From Promethearchaeota archaeon (lineage in GTDB: Archaea > Asgardarchaeota > Lokiarchaeia > Sigyniarchaeales > SOKP01): a stretch of 64,000 nt of DNA. The stretch is from NCBI GenBank assembly GCA_048941285.1, contig JBHLNS010000007.1, positions 32,351 through 96,350 of the forward strand, written 5' to 3'. The translations under genes and the position numbers were made by a program. Shown piece by piece: positions 63,625-64,000 of the stretch (its first letter is position 1; each line of letters starts with the position of its first letter). The notes beneath the pieces are model-generated. The model did not search any database and was not told where the DNA came from. It saw only the letters and a program-made list of their open reading frames with translations.

Positions 63625-64000
63625 ATGTATGATGTTGTAATATCTGGAGCTGGACCTGCAGGTTCTAAATGTGCTGAAATTTTAGCCAAAAATGGTTATA
63701 AGGTTGCTTTAATTGAAAAGGATACAACTTGGCGAAAACCTTGTGGCGGAGCTGTAAATTCAAGGATCTTTAAATATTACCCTCAGTTAAGAAAATTAAA
63801 TTTTCATAGAATAAATAGCATAAACATATATTCTTCTGAATTCTATAAATTTGGCTATAGATGGAAAGAATTAATTGACTACTCAATAAATGTTGATCGA
63901 TTAGAATTTGATAATGTTTTAAGAAACATTGCAATTGATGCAGGTGCTGAGTTATTTGATAAGAATATATCTTATGATTTTATCAATAAAGAGAGCCAGA
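63625..64000 (+). CDS. Geranylgeranyl reductase family flavoprotein (runs off window end)
   Basis: MYDVVISGAGPAGS...LIEK...KPCGGAV...DRLEFDNVL...AIDAGAE. Confidence 0.85.
   Translation, partial: MYDVVISGAGPAGSKCAEILAKNGYKVALIEKDTTWRKPCGGAVNSRIFKYYPQLRKLNFHRINSINIYSSEFYKFGYRWKELIDYSINVDRLEFDNVLRNIAIDAGAELFDKNISYDFINKESQ

Overview
AT-rich archaeal chromosomal segment, very likely Asgard (Lokiarchaeia/Promethearchaeota). The assignment rests on gyrase, aCPSF1, proteasome beta, an EF-2 paralog lacking the diphthamide His, roadblock, LRR and PCI/winged-helix proteins, and intron-containing tRNAs. The standout is gyrB (minus strand, true start at 2825). It is interrupted inside the conserved LEGV|RRRPAMYIG motif by a 53-nt, frame-breaking, stop-containing insert (2710-2762). 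The insert's junctions fold into a relaxed bulge-helix-bulge (BHB) motif, and cutting at the standard BHB positions restores the frame and motif exactly. This is a candidate tRNA-endonuclease-spliced mRNA intron in an Asgard protein-coding gene, and it also holds a competing C/D-type kink-turn. Other notable items: two BHB tRNA introns (Gln at 37/38; Gly at non-canonical 53/54), two unexplained structured intergenic elements (37686-37822, 43349-43448), an inositol-phosphate cluster (MIPS, four ITPK1-like ATP-grasp proteins, a HAD phosphatase with a basic tail, a clan-D-like glycosidase), an unannotated 58-aa zinc-finger ORF, a probable ATT start codon and a histidine kinase remnant. All family calls come from reading motifs by eye; no database searches or folding programs were run.
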